64,000 nt of DNA from an uncultured Bacteroidales bacterium (GTDB lineage: Bacteria > Bacteroidota > Bacteroidia > Bacteroidales > VadinHA17): contig CAWALO010000021.1 in assembly GCA_963782945.1 (NCBI GenBank), positions 11,156-75,155 of the forward strand. The letters run 5' to 3'. The notes beneath the pieces are model-generated. The model was not told where the DNA came from. It saw nothing but the letters and a program-made list of their open reading frames with translations, and searched no databases. Positions 19,426-29,517 of the stretch are shown one piece after another (the stretch's first letter is position 1; each line of letters opens with the position of its first letter). The position numbers and the translations under genes were made by a program.

Positions 19426-22400
19426 TTATTTGATATTTTTAATCCCTATTACCTGAACAGGACTATTATTCTTTGCTGCAATAATTCCGCGGCTCTTGCT
19501 TATGCCCAGGTGAATCAAGTTTAACCCACGTACATCTCCATCTATAAATAATCCGCTTTGAAAAGGAGGGACAGGTTTAAAATTTCCTTTCCCATCACCT
19601 TCCAAAAGAAGTCCGATACCGGCGTCATTTCTGGGAGTTTCTGCTTCCGAACCATAAAGGTTGCCTGCAATCACCAGATCGAGGTGTCCGTCTCCGTTAA
19701 CATCCTCGGTCAGAATACTGTTAACGGAAGAAATCTGTGCCATGTTATGCAATGGATGAGCACTGAAAGTTCCATCTCCTCTGTTTTCAATATAGCAAGT
19801 AGCAAAATTTCCGGCTTTATAATTCAATGCACTTTGAAGATTATCTGAACCGTATACATCAGCCAATGCAGCCTTTCCGTAAGCATGAAAAGTCATAAAT
19901 TTCTGTTTAATAGACGAAATCTGGTTATAAGAGCTCTCAAGTCCGCGAACCGGATAAAGTGTGTCATTATTATAATAGCCCAGAACAATATCCAGCTTCC
20001 CGTTATTGTCAAAATCTTTTGCATATATTTCAAACGGATATTTAATGCTTGCTTTATATTTACTGTTCAGACCCAGATTCCCTGCCACCAGATCCATGTC
20101 ACCGTCATTGTCGAAATCAGCTGCTGTTACGCAATTCCACCAGCCTGTTTCGCGGGACAACCCTGATTGATCTGTTATGTCTTCAAAAGCATTGCCATTA
20201 TTTCTAAATACTCTGACAGGCATCCATTCTCCAACTATGACCAGATCTAATTTCCCATCACCATTTATCTCAGTAAATACAGCATCGGTAACCATGCCCA
20301 GATTATGAAGCTGAGGAATCACAGTTACGGATACATCAGTAAATCTGACAGCACCAGGTTTGCTGTCATTCCTTAAAATATGGCTTGATGCAGGAAGAGG
20401 ATAGTTGCCAGGATTCTGGCGGCCTCCAACAAACAGATCCATATCACCATCCCCGTCATAATCGCCTGCTTCAACACATGAACCACTCTCTCTCATTTCA
20501 GGCAATGCTGTTTTATCTTTCTTAAAATCACCTGAACTATCATTCAAATAAAGGCGATCCTGCAAATAAGGTGATCCTTCATCATACTCATTGCTGCCGC
20601 TTACTACATATAAATCCAGATCACCATCATTATCAGCATCAAAAAATGTCGCTTTAACATCTTCGCAATTACTATCTTCAGACCAGGGTTGATTGACCGA
20701 AGGTTTAAATCCAGCCTTTGTCTGAAAGAAAAGCTTCCCGGAAAAACCCCTGGCACCACCAATATATAAGTCTTCCAATCCGTCATTATTCACATCACCT
20801 ACAGCCATCCCCGGACCCAGATCTGACATCTTATGAGGCAATAAACTTTCTCTCTCAAAGTCATTAAATTTATTTTCTTCATGTTTTTGATCGAGATGCA
20901 TAGATTTCGTTACATCACTGAACAACGAGGGTTTGACATAAGAGAAATCGTGCAAATGATCAGCATCATCATAAGACAAGGTTAGTGTCTGATTGACTGA
21001 AACATTCAGAATAACCTGTTCTTTCCAGTCAGGCCATATCACCATTATCTCAGGCACAATTTCATCTGATCCCAGACCAAAATGCATTACGGGGCTGACG
21101 GAAGACTGGAACCCACGACTTAAAAATTGCTCCTGTACCTGAGTTCTGTCAGACTGTTTAATAATGATTTTAGCGCCAATGCCAAGAGGATTATTTTTTG
21201 TCCCTTTAAATTTAAACCGGAGATAATTTCCCGAACCACTTTCCCTTGCTTTATTCTTATAAATAAACGACGGGCTCTCGGAATTATTAACTATAATATC
21301 CATATCTCCGTCATTATCAAAGTCTGCATAAGCAGAACCATTTGAACATGTTGGAATATTGTCTACCCATTCCCCGTTCTTCTTGTCAAAGGTTAAATCG
21401 CCATTATTCCTGAAGAAGTAGTTATTTTTCTTCCTGTCTGGCATCTGATTCAGAACACTTGTAATAAGTTCATTCTTATCCATCCGGCCTGATTGTGTAA
21501 TTTCCTTAAATCTCTTTCCGACATACATGAGATAATCTTCATTTATAAAATCCCTTTTAATTCCATTTGCAATGAATAAATCCTTTAAACCATCATTATC
21601 CATATCAAAAAGCAATGGCGCCCAGCTCCAGTCTGTACTTGACATTCCTGCCAACTGTGCAATATCTGAAAAAACAGGTATACTATCTTTATTTTGGATC
21701 CCATTATTCAGCTGGAGAGTGTTGTACATATACTGATGATGCAAATCCAGATCTATAAGCGTCTGAAAATGATTCATATTCATCATGCCTTTACTGGTTT
21801 TCATAGTATAATTGTCTTCGGCCATCATTTCAAGAGTTACGATATCTGACCACCCGTCATTATTAAAATCGGCCAGATCATTCCCCATGGAGGCATATGA
21901 AAGATGATACAATGATCTGTCAATTGATTCAGTAAAAGTACCGTCTCCTCTGTTAATGTATAAATGATCTTTCTCAGAAAAGTCATTACTGACATAAACA
22001 TCGGGCCACCCATCGTTATTTAAATCACTTATTCCAATGCCCAGACCATAACTCAGACTATTATTGACAATCCCTGCTTCAGCTGAAACATCAATATATT
22101 TTCCATTCTGATTCTGATATAACCTGTCTCCTGTAATATTGCTCCTGGCATTCTTTAATTTTTCAATGTCTTCAAATGCATATACATCGGGGTAGTGATT
22201 TATCAGAAACATATCCAGGTCACCGTCAAGGTCATAATCAAAAAAAGCTGCTTGTGTTGAACATAAATTTATATCAAGGTTATATTTTGAACTCTCTTCC
22301 AGGAAGGTTGGTATACCGTCTTTATTCAAGCCCTGGTTAACCAGCAGTTTATTCTCCCTCATTACGGGATCCGCATATTTTCCGGAGTTAGAAATATAAA

Positions 22401-22830
22401 TATCCATCCATCCGTCAGAATTTATATCCACGGTAGTAACTCCAGTTGGGAAACCGGTATGTTCAGCTGTACCTGATTCTTTTGAAATATCCTGAAATTT
22501 AAATTTCCCCTTATTCAGATAAAGCCTGTTCGGATACAAATTAGAAATAAAATATACATCCTGAAGACCGTCATTATTAAAATCGGCGACTGAAAGTCCC
22601 GCGCCGTTGTAATAATATTCATAGTACAGTCCGTTCATTGTAAGAGATTCGGTGAGTTTATTCTCGAAATTGATCCCTGTTTTTTCAGGCATCAGAATAT
22701 CGAACAGTTTGACCGGATTTTTATGAGGATCCATAGAATTACCGGAATCAGAGCCTTGTTTACATGAGGAGACTAATAATATAAGGCCAAAAAAGCAATT
22801 CCCTATTCCTCTTAATTTTAACTTTATCAT
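19426..22830 (-). CDS. FG-GAP/VCBS-repeat lipoprotein with ASPIC/UnbV domain (CRTAC1 family)
   Basis: 1134 aa. Calcium-binding FG-GAP motifs recur (DFNNDGLQDVY, DINSDGWMDIY, DYDLDGDLDMF, DVNNDGLEDLY, DFDNDGDMDL). RGFQSSVSPVMHFGLG is the UnbV_ASPIC block. The signal ends in a lipobox (LLVSSC). Confidence 0.85.
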   Translation of the reverse strand: MIKLKLRGIGNCFFGLILLVSSCKQGSDSGNSMDPHKNPVKLFDILMPEKTGINFENKLTESLTMNGLYYEYYYNGAGLSVADFNNDGLQDVYFISNLYPNRLYLNKGKFKFQDISKESGTAEHTGFPTGVTTVDINSDGWMDIYISNSGKYADPVMRENKLLVNQGLNKDGIPTFLEESSKYNLDINLCSTQAAFFDYDLDGDLDMFLINHYPDVYAFEDIEKLKNARSNITGDRLYQNQNGKYIDVSAEAGIVNNSLSYGLGIGISDLNNDGWPDVYVSNDFSEKDHLYINRGDGTFTESIDRSLYHLSYASMGNDLADFNNDGWSDIVTLEMMAEDNYTMKTSKGMMNMNHFQTLIDLDLHHQYMYNTLQLNNGIQNKDSIPVFSDIAQLAGMSSTDWSWAPLLFDMDNDGLKDLFIANGIKRDFINEDYLMYVGKRFKEITQSGRMDKNELITSVLNQMPDRKKNNYFFRNNGDLTFDKKNGEWVDNIPTCSNGSAYADFDNDGDMDIIVNNSESPSFIYKNKARESGSGNYLRFKFKGTKNNPLGIGAKIIIKQSDRTQVQEQFLSRGFQSSVSPVMHFGLGSDEIVPEIMVIWPDWKEQVILNVSVNQTLTLSYDDADHLHDFSYVKPSLFSDVTKSMHLDQKHEENKFNDFERESLLPHKMSDLGPGMAVGDVNNDGLEDLYIGGARGFSGKLFFQTKAGFKPSVNQPWSEDSNCEDVKATFFDADNDGDLDLYVVSGSNEYDEGSPYLQDRLYLNDSSGDFKKDKTALPEMRESGSCVEAGDYDGDGDMDLFVGGRQNPGNYPLPASSHILRNDSKPGAVRFTDVSVTVIPQLHNLGMVTDAVFTEINGDGKLDLVIVGEWMPVRVFRNNGNAFEDITDQSGLSRETGWWNCVTAADFDNDGDMDLVAGNLGLNSKYKASIKYPFEIYAKDFDNNGKLDIVLGYYNNDTLYPVRGLESSYNQISSIKQKFMTFHAYGKAALADVYGSDNLQSALNYKAGNFATCYIENRGDGTFSAHPLHNMAQISSVNSILTEDVNGDGHLDLVIAGNLYGSEAETPRNDAGIGLLLEGDGKGNFKPVPPFQSGLFIDGDVRGLNLIHLGISKSRGIIAAKNNSPVQVIGIKNIK

Positions 22831-22929
22831 ACCTCTTCCATAATAAGTTGAAAAGATTAACTGGCAAACTATGGTTTAATGTTAATAATATGCAATATAA
22901 ATAAACAGAATTAAATACAATATTATATA

Positions 22930-22971
22930 AATTCAAAAGGTAACCATATTTCCATGGTTACCTTTTGAATT
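22930..22971 (-). terminator. 18-bp perfect palindromic hairpin downstream of the SusD-like gene
   Basis: AATTCAAAAGGTAACCAT ATTTCC ATGGTTACCTTTTGAATT lies 26 nt after the susD-like stop, in AT-rich context. Confidence 0.65.
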
Positions 22972-22996
22972 TTAGTACATTACATTTGCCAGATTA

Positions 22997-24661
22997 CTAA
23001 TTATAACCCGGATTCTGCTGAAGATTTGGATTTGTATTAAGTACATTCAATGGAATCGGTCCAACATTTCTATAATCCCAGTCACCAGATGGATGGCCCT
23101 TGAAAGAAAGATACGATTTTCTGTTATAAATGCCAAACCTTATCATATCCTGACGTCTGTGCCCTTCGCCGCAAAATTCCCATCCCAGCTCATCGAGGAA
23201 TCTTCCATATTGAATATCAGCTCCTCCTTCATGGGTAATACCGCCGTATTGTCCGGTTGTTATATCTCTCAGTCCATAATCATAACTGCTGCCTTCAAGT
23301 AATTGTGCATCAGAAACAATTGCCTTGGAAGGATCGTCAAAACTGCGCATTCTTACTTCAGTAACAAGTGCACCGGCACCAGACCGGCCCAGACGCATTA
23401 AGCATTCAGCCTTCATCATTAATATGTCGGCATAGCGGATGATCGGCGAATCGTTGCTCATATTTATAGGATCACTACCCATTGGGACCTCATATTTCAT
23501 AGGCCTGAAAGAATGGATTTCCTCGCTTGAATCGATACCGGGAATAAAATTTACAACAATCATGGGTTCTCCTGTCAGAGTTCCGCTGCTGACTGTTAAA
23601 GCTTCACCTGAAGAGGAGTATAACTGGCCCTGAATCCAGCCCTCGGTAACTCTCTTATCAACAGGATCGAACGTATCAATGAACTGAGGTATCGATGTTA
23701 AACCGCCCCATCCTGTGGATCGCAGGTTATATGTTTGTGAGCTCTGTTGAGGTAATGCGATTACATTTAAAGGCTGGTACGGACCAAATATTTCATCAAA
23801 GGGAACAGTCCATATCAGCTCATTAGAATTCTGGTTTTGTTCTTTAAAACAATTTAATTGAAAGGGTTCCAGAGCAAAACCTTTATCAGAATTGATAATC
23901 AGATCACAAGTAGCAATGCACTTTTCCCATTCAGGAGTACCTGACCAGACCTCTGCATTCAGATATATTTTTGCAAGGAGTGCATTGACCGACCATACAT
24001 TGTTAAACCGTCCATAGGTATCAACACTGTGATCTTCGCTAAGGGCGGGCAACGATTCTGTTATCTCCTTCACAATAAAGTTGTATATTTCAAGACGTGT
24101 GTTTTGTTCAGGCAAATAACCTTCCGGAACATCATATTGTGTTATTAGAGGAACATTCCCGAAACAATCACATAATACATAATAAAATGAAGCTCTCAAT
24201 ACCCGTATCTCACCAACAGTGGCATCATATTCGGGCCCCGGAGTTAAGGGTATTTGTCCAGATTCAATCTGAAAAAGCAAGCGGTTACAGTTAGTTACTC
24301 CTTCATAGGCATAATACCAGACATTGCCCCATTCCTCATCTTCACTTGTCCAATCATGAAGATGCAATCTCTGATGTATACCACCATCATACCAACCATA
24401 AGGCTTTCTGGGTATGCAAAATGCATCTGCGGTAATTTCCTGAGCCTGCCAAAGGGTCCTTTCACCTCCGAACACATTTCTCCATGATCCATAGGCGGAA
24501 CCAATCAAAGCGCCCACATCCTCATTGGTTGGCACAAAATCCTTTGCAACAATGTCGGTATAGCTTGTGTCTTTAAGCTTTGTACATGAACTCATTATAA
24601 TTACAACATATAATGCGCTCAGCGTCAAAATATTTATTAGTATGTTTTTCATAATTTTCAT
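22997..24661 (-). CDS. SusD/RagB-family nutrient-binding outer-membrane lipoprotein
   Basis: 554 aa with lipobox IIMSSC. It lies 5 nt downstream of the SusC-like gene. The C-terminal RYADILMMKAECL and GWEFCGEGHRRQDMIRFG blocks are typical of the family. Confidence 0.85.
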   Translation of the reverse strand: MKIMKNILINILTLSALYVVIIMSSCTKLKDTSYTDIVAKDFVPTNEDVGALIGSAYGSWRNVFGGERTLWQAQEITADAFCIPRKPYGWYDGGIHQRLHLHDWTSEDEEWGNVWYYAYEGVTNCNRLLFQIESGQIPLTPGPEYDATVGEIRVLRASFYYVLCDCFGNVPLITQYDVPEGYLPEQNTRLEIYNFIVKEITESLPALSEDHSVDTYGRFNNVWSVNALLAKIYLNAEVWSGTPEWEKCIATCDLIINSDKGFALEPFQLNCFKEQNQNSNELIWTVPFDEIFGPYQPLNVIALPQQSSQTYNLRSTGWGGLTSIPQFIDTFDPVDKRVTEGWIQGQLYSSSGEALTVSSGTLTGEPMIVVNFIPGIDSSEEIHSFRPMKYEVPMGSDPINMSNDSPIIRYADILMMKAECLMRLGRSGAGALVTEVRMRSFDDPSKAIVSDAQLLEGSSYDYGLRDITTGQYGGITHEGGADIQYGRFLDELGWEFCGEGHRRQDMIRFGIYNRKSYLSFKGHPSGDWDYRNVGPIPLNVLNTNPNLQQNPGYN

Positions 24662-24666
24662 GTTTA

Positions 24667-27600
24667 TCAGTTTATTGTTACACTCCAGCCGATAGAATAT
24701 ACCCTTGTTGACGGGTATTTATTCCTGTCATCATTACCGGGTGTCAGACCCAAACGGTTAACCTCCGGATCCATTCCTTTGTAACCCGTGAATATAAAAG
24801 CGTTTAACACGGAAAAATACAAACGTGATGGTCCCAGATGTTTGACTTTGGATCCGAGAAAGTTGTATCCTAAATTGATATTGTCAATTTTCCAGAAACC
24901 TCCATCTTCGAGGTAATAACTGTTGTATTCAACCGGAACGTTTTTATCAATAACTGCCTTACCAAAGACTTTGTCAAAAGCGGAACTCAGCATATTATAT
25001 GCCGGGTTGCTCAGATTCTCGGTGTACATGCGCTGGTAATTCAATATCTTATATCCAAAGGCTCCCCTCATGGTTACGTTTAGATCCCATTTTGCATACT
25101 TCAATGTATTATTCCAGCTGGCATAGTATTTAGGTAAGCCGTTACCCAATATTTTCTTATCCTCCTCAACCCTGACATCAGATGGATTACCGTTCTTATC
25201 TTCATAAATCCACTTACCATCGTCAGTAATACCTGTAACCTTATATCCATAGAAGTTACCAATTGGCTTACCAACCTCAATCCGATGCGTATAGGTTGAA
25301 ATAGGAGAACCGGTATAACCAGCATTGAACCATGGATTTGTCGTCTGGTAAAGGTCATTGGAGAGAGAAACAAGTTTATTTGTATTGGTTGAGAAGGTTA
25401 CCCCCGTAAGCCATGAGAATTTATTCTTTTGTACAGCCGTGGCGTTAACCAGAATTTCCACTCCCTTGTTCTCCATAACACCTACATTTGCCTTGGTAGT
25501 ACTAAAGGCATTTGGCGGTGTAGGTACCGAATAATCATACAATAATCCGTCAGTTGTGCGCTTATACAGATCAATGCTTCCGGTGATTTTACCCTTAAAA
25601 AGACCAAAATCCAATCCAATATTTGTTTCTTTCTTTTCTTCCCATCTAAGATAGGGGTTGGGATTACTGGTAGGGCTTAAACTCGGAACCCATTGCCCAT
25701 TTATCAATGATGACCCATTATATCCCAGCATGGCTACTCCCAGGAATAACTCATCAGGTGCCGTACCTGTAACACCATACCCGACCCTCAGTTTCAGATC
25801 GCTCACAAATTCCAGTGATTGCATGAAATTCTCCTCACTTAATCTCCAGCCAGCCGATACGGAAGGAAAAGTTCCCCAGGGTTGCTTTGTGCCAACAAAT
25901 TGTGATGCTGCTTCATACCGAAGGTTAGCCATTAAAAGATACTTTTCCTTATAATTATAGGCCAACCGTCCAAAGAATCCTATGAGATTTTTTTCATATT
26001 TTGAACTGGTCTGCATATTCGGACCTCCCATACCCGATTTAATACCTGCCCCTATATTGTCGATATATGAATAATTACCAGCGGGGAAATTCCAGTTTCT
26101 CTGGTAAGCTGATTCCCAGATATTCTCCTGATAACTGTATCCAGCCAGGGCTGTGATATTATGTGAATTTATTGTTTTTATATACTCAGCAGTTAATTCC
26201 AGAAGCTTGTCGATGCTTTGTCCGGTTGTTTTGCTGGCATATCCGTTGTATCCGTCTCTTACAGTGGTTAAATGTCTTTTTGTCTGACCCTGGCCTCCAT
26301 TGTTATTCGATTTATTTCTGGAAACCAAAGCCTTAAAGCGAAGATTTTTAACAGGCTCAAATATAATACTTCCGCTTAACCTGGTCATGTGCCATTGATT
26401 GCCTCCATAGGTTTCCATCAGCAATCCAACCGGATTTTCGTAATAGGAAATTGAAGTATTTTCATTCCAGGTACCATCCGGATTTTTTAGGGGCGCCGTC
26501 GGATTCCTGTATAATGCCTGATTGAAAACATTGGAAGATTCAGAGTCTGCCAAACCTTCTCCTATTGATCCAAAATCAACCCAGGATTGATTATCATTAT
26601 CAATAATATTTAAATTAAATTTTAATTTATCATCCAACATACTGTGATTTAAATCAATCCTGCTATTCAGCGTCTTGTAATCAGATCTCAGGACTACTCC
26701 CTGCAGCTGCCTGTAATTAAAGCTGGCGAGATAATTTGTTTGGGCATTTCCCCCGTGGAATGATAATCTATGGTTTTGGTTAAGGGGAAAATCCCGGCTT
26801 ATTTCTTTTACCCAGTCTGTACTGGCGCCAAGATCAGTAAATGCAATACCCTCTGATAATCGTAAACGATATTCTGCAGCATCAAGCATTTTTGGCACCC
26901 TGACAAAATTTTGAGTACTGAGGTAACCTTCATATGTAACAGTAGGTTCAATTTTTCCAGCCGATTTTTTGGTTGTCAGCAGAATTACCCCATTAGTACC
27001 TCTTGTCCCATATATTGCTGAGGCTGATCCATCTTTCAAAACATCAACGCTCTCAATATCTTCCGGGGCAACTGTATTCAGATCACCAGGGATTCCATCA
27101 ATCAGGATCAGTGGTTGTGTGCTTGTACTTAATGTGGCCGTTCCCCTTAATACTAACTGGGAAGGTGCTGTCGGATCTCCGCTTATAGTGCTGACAGTCA
27201 AACCGGCAACCTTACCCTGCAGTAATTGTCCTGCATCCTTCACAGACCCTTTGATAAAGTTTTCGGACTTTACATTAGCCACCGAGCTGGTCACTTCAAT
27301 TCTTTTCTGTGTCCCGTAACCAATAACCACGACCTCATCCAGCCCAATTGCAGACACATCTAAAGTCACGTTGAGCTGGGTTGAGGTACCGATAATTATT
27401 TCCTGAGGTTCCATTCCGATAAATGAGAATGTCAGGCTTTGGGCTCCCTGAGGAATTTCAATACTATATTTACCTGTAAAGTCGGTTATCACTCCCTGTG
27501 TTGTTCCTGTAACAATAACGTTCGCACCAGGAAGAGGCGACCCGCTCTTGTCGGTAACAGTTCCGGTAACTTGTTTTTGCTGAGGTTCATTTTCTGAAGA

Positions 27601-27999
27601 AATTGCCTGAAGTTCATTCTCAATAGGATCCGTTGTCAATAATATCTTCCTGTCAAAAACAGCATAATTTACATTCGTTTCACCAAATAAGCCTGACAGG
27701 ATATCAGTGATCAGCAAATTATCAACCTGAATATCAACGATTCTATTGACATCAATCTGTTTCTGGTTAAAAATAAAATAAAACTCACTCTGTGATTCTA
27801 TTTCATCCAAAACCTGTTCGATGCTTGTGTTTTTCATGTCGAGAGAAACCTTTGCTATCTGAGAATAGGTAGAGACACCAAAGACATTTGAAACACTAAC
27901 TACAATAATTAAGCATGCAATTTTGAGTTCCATGATTAGTTTTTTTAGGGTAACATGTAAATGTACCCATAAATCAATTTCTTTTTTCATAATTTGCAA
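24667..27999 (-). CDS. SusC/RagA-type TonB-dependent transporter with an N-terminal STN (signalling) domain; the likely start is the Met at 27933
   Basis: The STN-like region is SLDMKNTSIEQVLDEIESQSEFYFIFNQ. The CarboxypepD_reg-like region is VTGTVTDKSGSPLPGANVIVTG. The plug is DEVVVIGYGTQKR..., and the C-terminal beta-barrel ends in ...YSIGWSVTIN. Confidence 0.9.
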   Translation of the reverse strand: MQIMKKEIDLWVHLHVTLKKLIMELKIACLIIVVSVSNVFGVSTYSQIAKVSLDMKNTSIEQVLDEIESQSEFYFIFNQKQIDVNRIVDIQVDNLLITDILSGLFGETNVNYAVFDRKILLTTDPIENELQAISSENEPQQKQVTGTVTDKSGSPLPGANVIVTGTTQGVITDFTGKYSIEIPQGAQSLTFSFIGMEPQEIIIGTSTQLNVTLDVSAIGLDEVVVIGYGTQKRIEVTSSVANVKSENFIKGSVKDAGQLLQGKVAGLTVSTISGDPTAPSQLVLRGTATLSTSTQPLILIDGIPGDLNTVAPEDIESVDVLKDGSASAIYGTRGTNGVILLTTKKSAGKIEPTVTYEGYLSTQNFVRVPKMLDAAEYRLRLSEGIAFTDLGASTDWVKEISRDFPLNQNHRLSFHGGNAQTNYLASFNYRQLQGVVLRSDYKTLNSRIDLNHSMLDDKLKFNLNIIDNDNQSWVDFGSIGEGLADSESSNVFNQALYRNPTAPLKNPDGTWNENTSISYYENPVGLLMETYGGNQWHMTRLSGSIIFEPVKNLRFKALVSRNKSNNNGGQGQTKRHLTTVRDGYNGYASKTTGQSIDKLLELTAEYIKTINSHNITALAGYSYQENIWESAYQRNWNFPAGNYSYIDNIGAGIKSGMGGPNMQTSSKYEKNLIGFFGRLAYNYKEKYLLMANLRYEAASQFVGTKQPWGTFPSVSAGWRLSEENFMQSLEFVSDLKLRVGYGVTGTAPDELFLGVAMLGYNGSSLINGQWVPSLSPTSNPNPYLRWEEKKETNIGLDFGLFKGKITGSIDLYKRTTDGLLYDYSVPTPPNAFSTTKANVGVMENKGVEILVNATAVQKNKFSWLTGVTFSTNTNKLVSLSNDLYQTTNPWFNAGYTGSPISTYTHRIEVGKPIGNFYGYKVTGITDDGKWIYEDKNGNPSDVRVEEDKKILGNGLPKYYASWNNTLKYAKWDLNVTMRGAFGYKILNYQRMYTENLSNPAYNMLSSAFDKVFGKAVIDKNVPVEYNSYYLEDGGFWKIDNINLGYNFLGSKVKHLGPSRLYFSVLNAFIFTGYKGMDPEVNRLGLTPGNDDRNKYPSTRVYSIGWSVTIN

Positions 28000-28127
28000 G
28001 GTTTTGTTAGGCTATTAAAAACAATAAGAAACATATCATTACATAACGGAAAGCGGTTTCACCGCGTACTTCTTTTTGCTGTTAAAGGGTTATTCCATAG
28101 GCAAATGTCTTATATATTGGATACAAA

Positions 28128-29186
28128 TCATTTAGTCACAGGAGTAATTATTACCTTCTTTCTCTCATAGGTTTCGTCAGGTTTTATGCTCCCGTTCTCA
28201 ATCTTACAATCTACTGCAAGACTGCGTTTTAATAAAGATAACACCTCTTCAAGTCCCTCATCGATGAAAGTGGCGCGAAGCCTTAAATCTTTAGTTAAAC
28301 TGTCATCAATTTCAACTTCAACATCGACATTATACCACCTTCCCAGTCTCCTGGCAATAACATCCAGAGGATCATTCCTGAAAACTAACTTTCCCTCAGT
28401 CCATGATAAGTATTTACGAGGTTGCACTTCCTCGGTTGAAATATCTCCACTGGCTTTGTTATAAATAAGGAGATCATTAGGGCTCATTGTAAATGATTTA
28501 TTCATTTCCCTGTTATTGAATACCAGTTTACCTTCTTCCAGAACTACTTCGACATTCTTTTCATCTTCATATGAGGCAATATTAAACCTTGTTCCCAATA
28601 CTTCAACATTAATCTCATTTGTGTTTACCCTAAAAGGACTTCTTTTGTCCCTGAATACATCAAAAAAAGCTTCTCCGGTAAGGGTGACCCGGCGATTGGT
28701 CATAAAATTTCCATTATATTTTATACTTGAATTGCTGTTCAGCCATCCGGTAGTACCATCAGGCAGACTGAATTGAGCTTTTGTCCATGCCGGAGCATTG
28801 ATCTCGACCCATGTTTCTTTACCTGAATTGTTATTTAAGTAGCCTTTTATACCCCAAAAAATAGCAAGAGGCAGAATAATGACTCCTGCTATTCGAGCTG
28901 ACCATATTAAAAGCCTTGAAAATTTCCTCTCTTTACTCTCAGCTGTTTTTGTGCTTATTTCGTAATGTATTTTGTAAAGAATGTGATCAAGATCCTTTTT
29001 ATCCATATCATCTTCAGGCAATAATCCATAGAACTGTTTCCTTAAATGATGGTCAAGTTCTTTCTCATTATCATTATCACAAAAAATATCATTAACATAA
29101 GATTCATCCTCATCAGAATACTTTCCATTGAAAAAAAGCTCAATCTTTTCTTTATCAATCCCATTCACTCCCATAAAATAATTCAA
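28128..29186 (-). CDS. FecR-type transmembrane anti-sigma factor
   Basis: 352 aa with a single TM (LLIWSARIAGVIILPLAIFWGI). It has a periplasmic FecR domain (TLPDGTTGWLNSNSSIKY, LTGEAFFDV, FRVNTNEINVEVLGTRFNI). Confidence 0.85.
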   Translation of the reverse strand: MNYFMGVNGIDKEKIELFFNGKYSDEDESYVNDIFCDNDNEKELDHHLRKQFYGLLPEDDMDKKDLDHILYKIHYEISTKTAESKERKFSRLLIWSARIAGVIILPLAIFWGIKGYLNNNSGKETWVEINAPAWTKAQFSLPDGTTGWLNSNSSIKYNGNFMTNRRVTLTGEAFFDVFRDKRSPFRVNTNEINVEVLGTRFNIASYEDEKNVEVVLEEGKLVFNNREMNKSFTMSPNDLLIYNKASGDISTEEVQPRKYLSWTEGKLVFRNDPLDVIARRLGRWYNVDVEVEIDDSLTKDLRLRATFIDEGLEEVLSLLKRSLAVDCKIENGSIKPDETYERKKVIITPVTK

Positions 29187-29251
29187 TTAATAATTTTCAG
29201 ATAATATTCAACATTTATCTAAATCCTGTTCGCTTTCATCACACTAACTAG

Positions 29252-29288
29252 AAAAAAAAGCAGCTCTCCATCTGAGAAGAACTGCTTC
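29252..29288 (-). terminator. Intrinsic-terminator-like hairpin followed by T8, inside the spacer between the ECF sigma and anti-sigma genes
   Basis: The minus strand reads GAAGCAGTTCTTCTCAGATGGAGAGCTGCTTTTTTTTC. This gives a stem of about 10 bp (one G-U pair, one bulge) followed by eight T. Confidence 0.5.
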
Positions 29289-29517
29289 TACCCTAAATCA
29301 CTAACCTGAACCTATGAAAAATATTCTGACAGATATAACTATTATCGTGTTTAAGATTCCGAATTGTCATAAATGTAAATTCAATATAGAGTAATATCCA
29401 TATCTGCCCGAATACACCTATCAGGAAAAGGGAAAAAATAAAAATAACCGGTTGTCGTGTCTATACAATTTTGCAGGAAGGTTTTTATCGTATTGGTTGA
29501 AAACCAGCGGATCTTTA

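Noticed and set aside
28040-28066. A TGAAAC motif (minus strand, 28055..28060) upstream of susC as an ECF-type -35 box with a downstream CGT -10.
   Set aside because: The nearest CGT lies only about 7 nt downstream rather than the 16-17 nt expected for ECF promoters. The motif is also part of a small GCGG/CCGC hairpin. The support is not enough to call a promoter.
29289-29517. Small ORFs in the sigma/anti-sigma spacer, such as the plus-strand MKNILTDITIIVFKIPNCHK starting at 29314 and the minus-strand MDITLY.
   Set aside because: They are too short, have no recognisable start context and cannot be checked for conservation here. The region is treated as non-coding.
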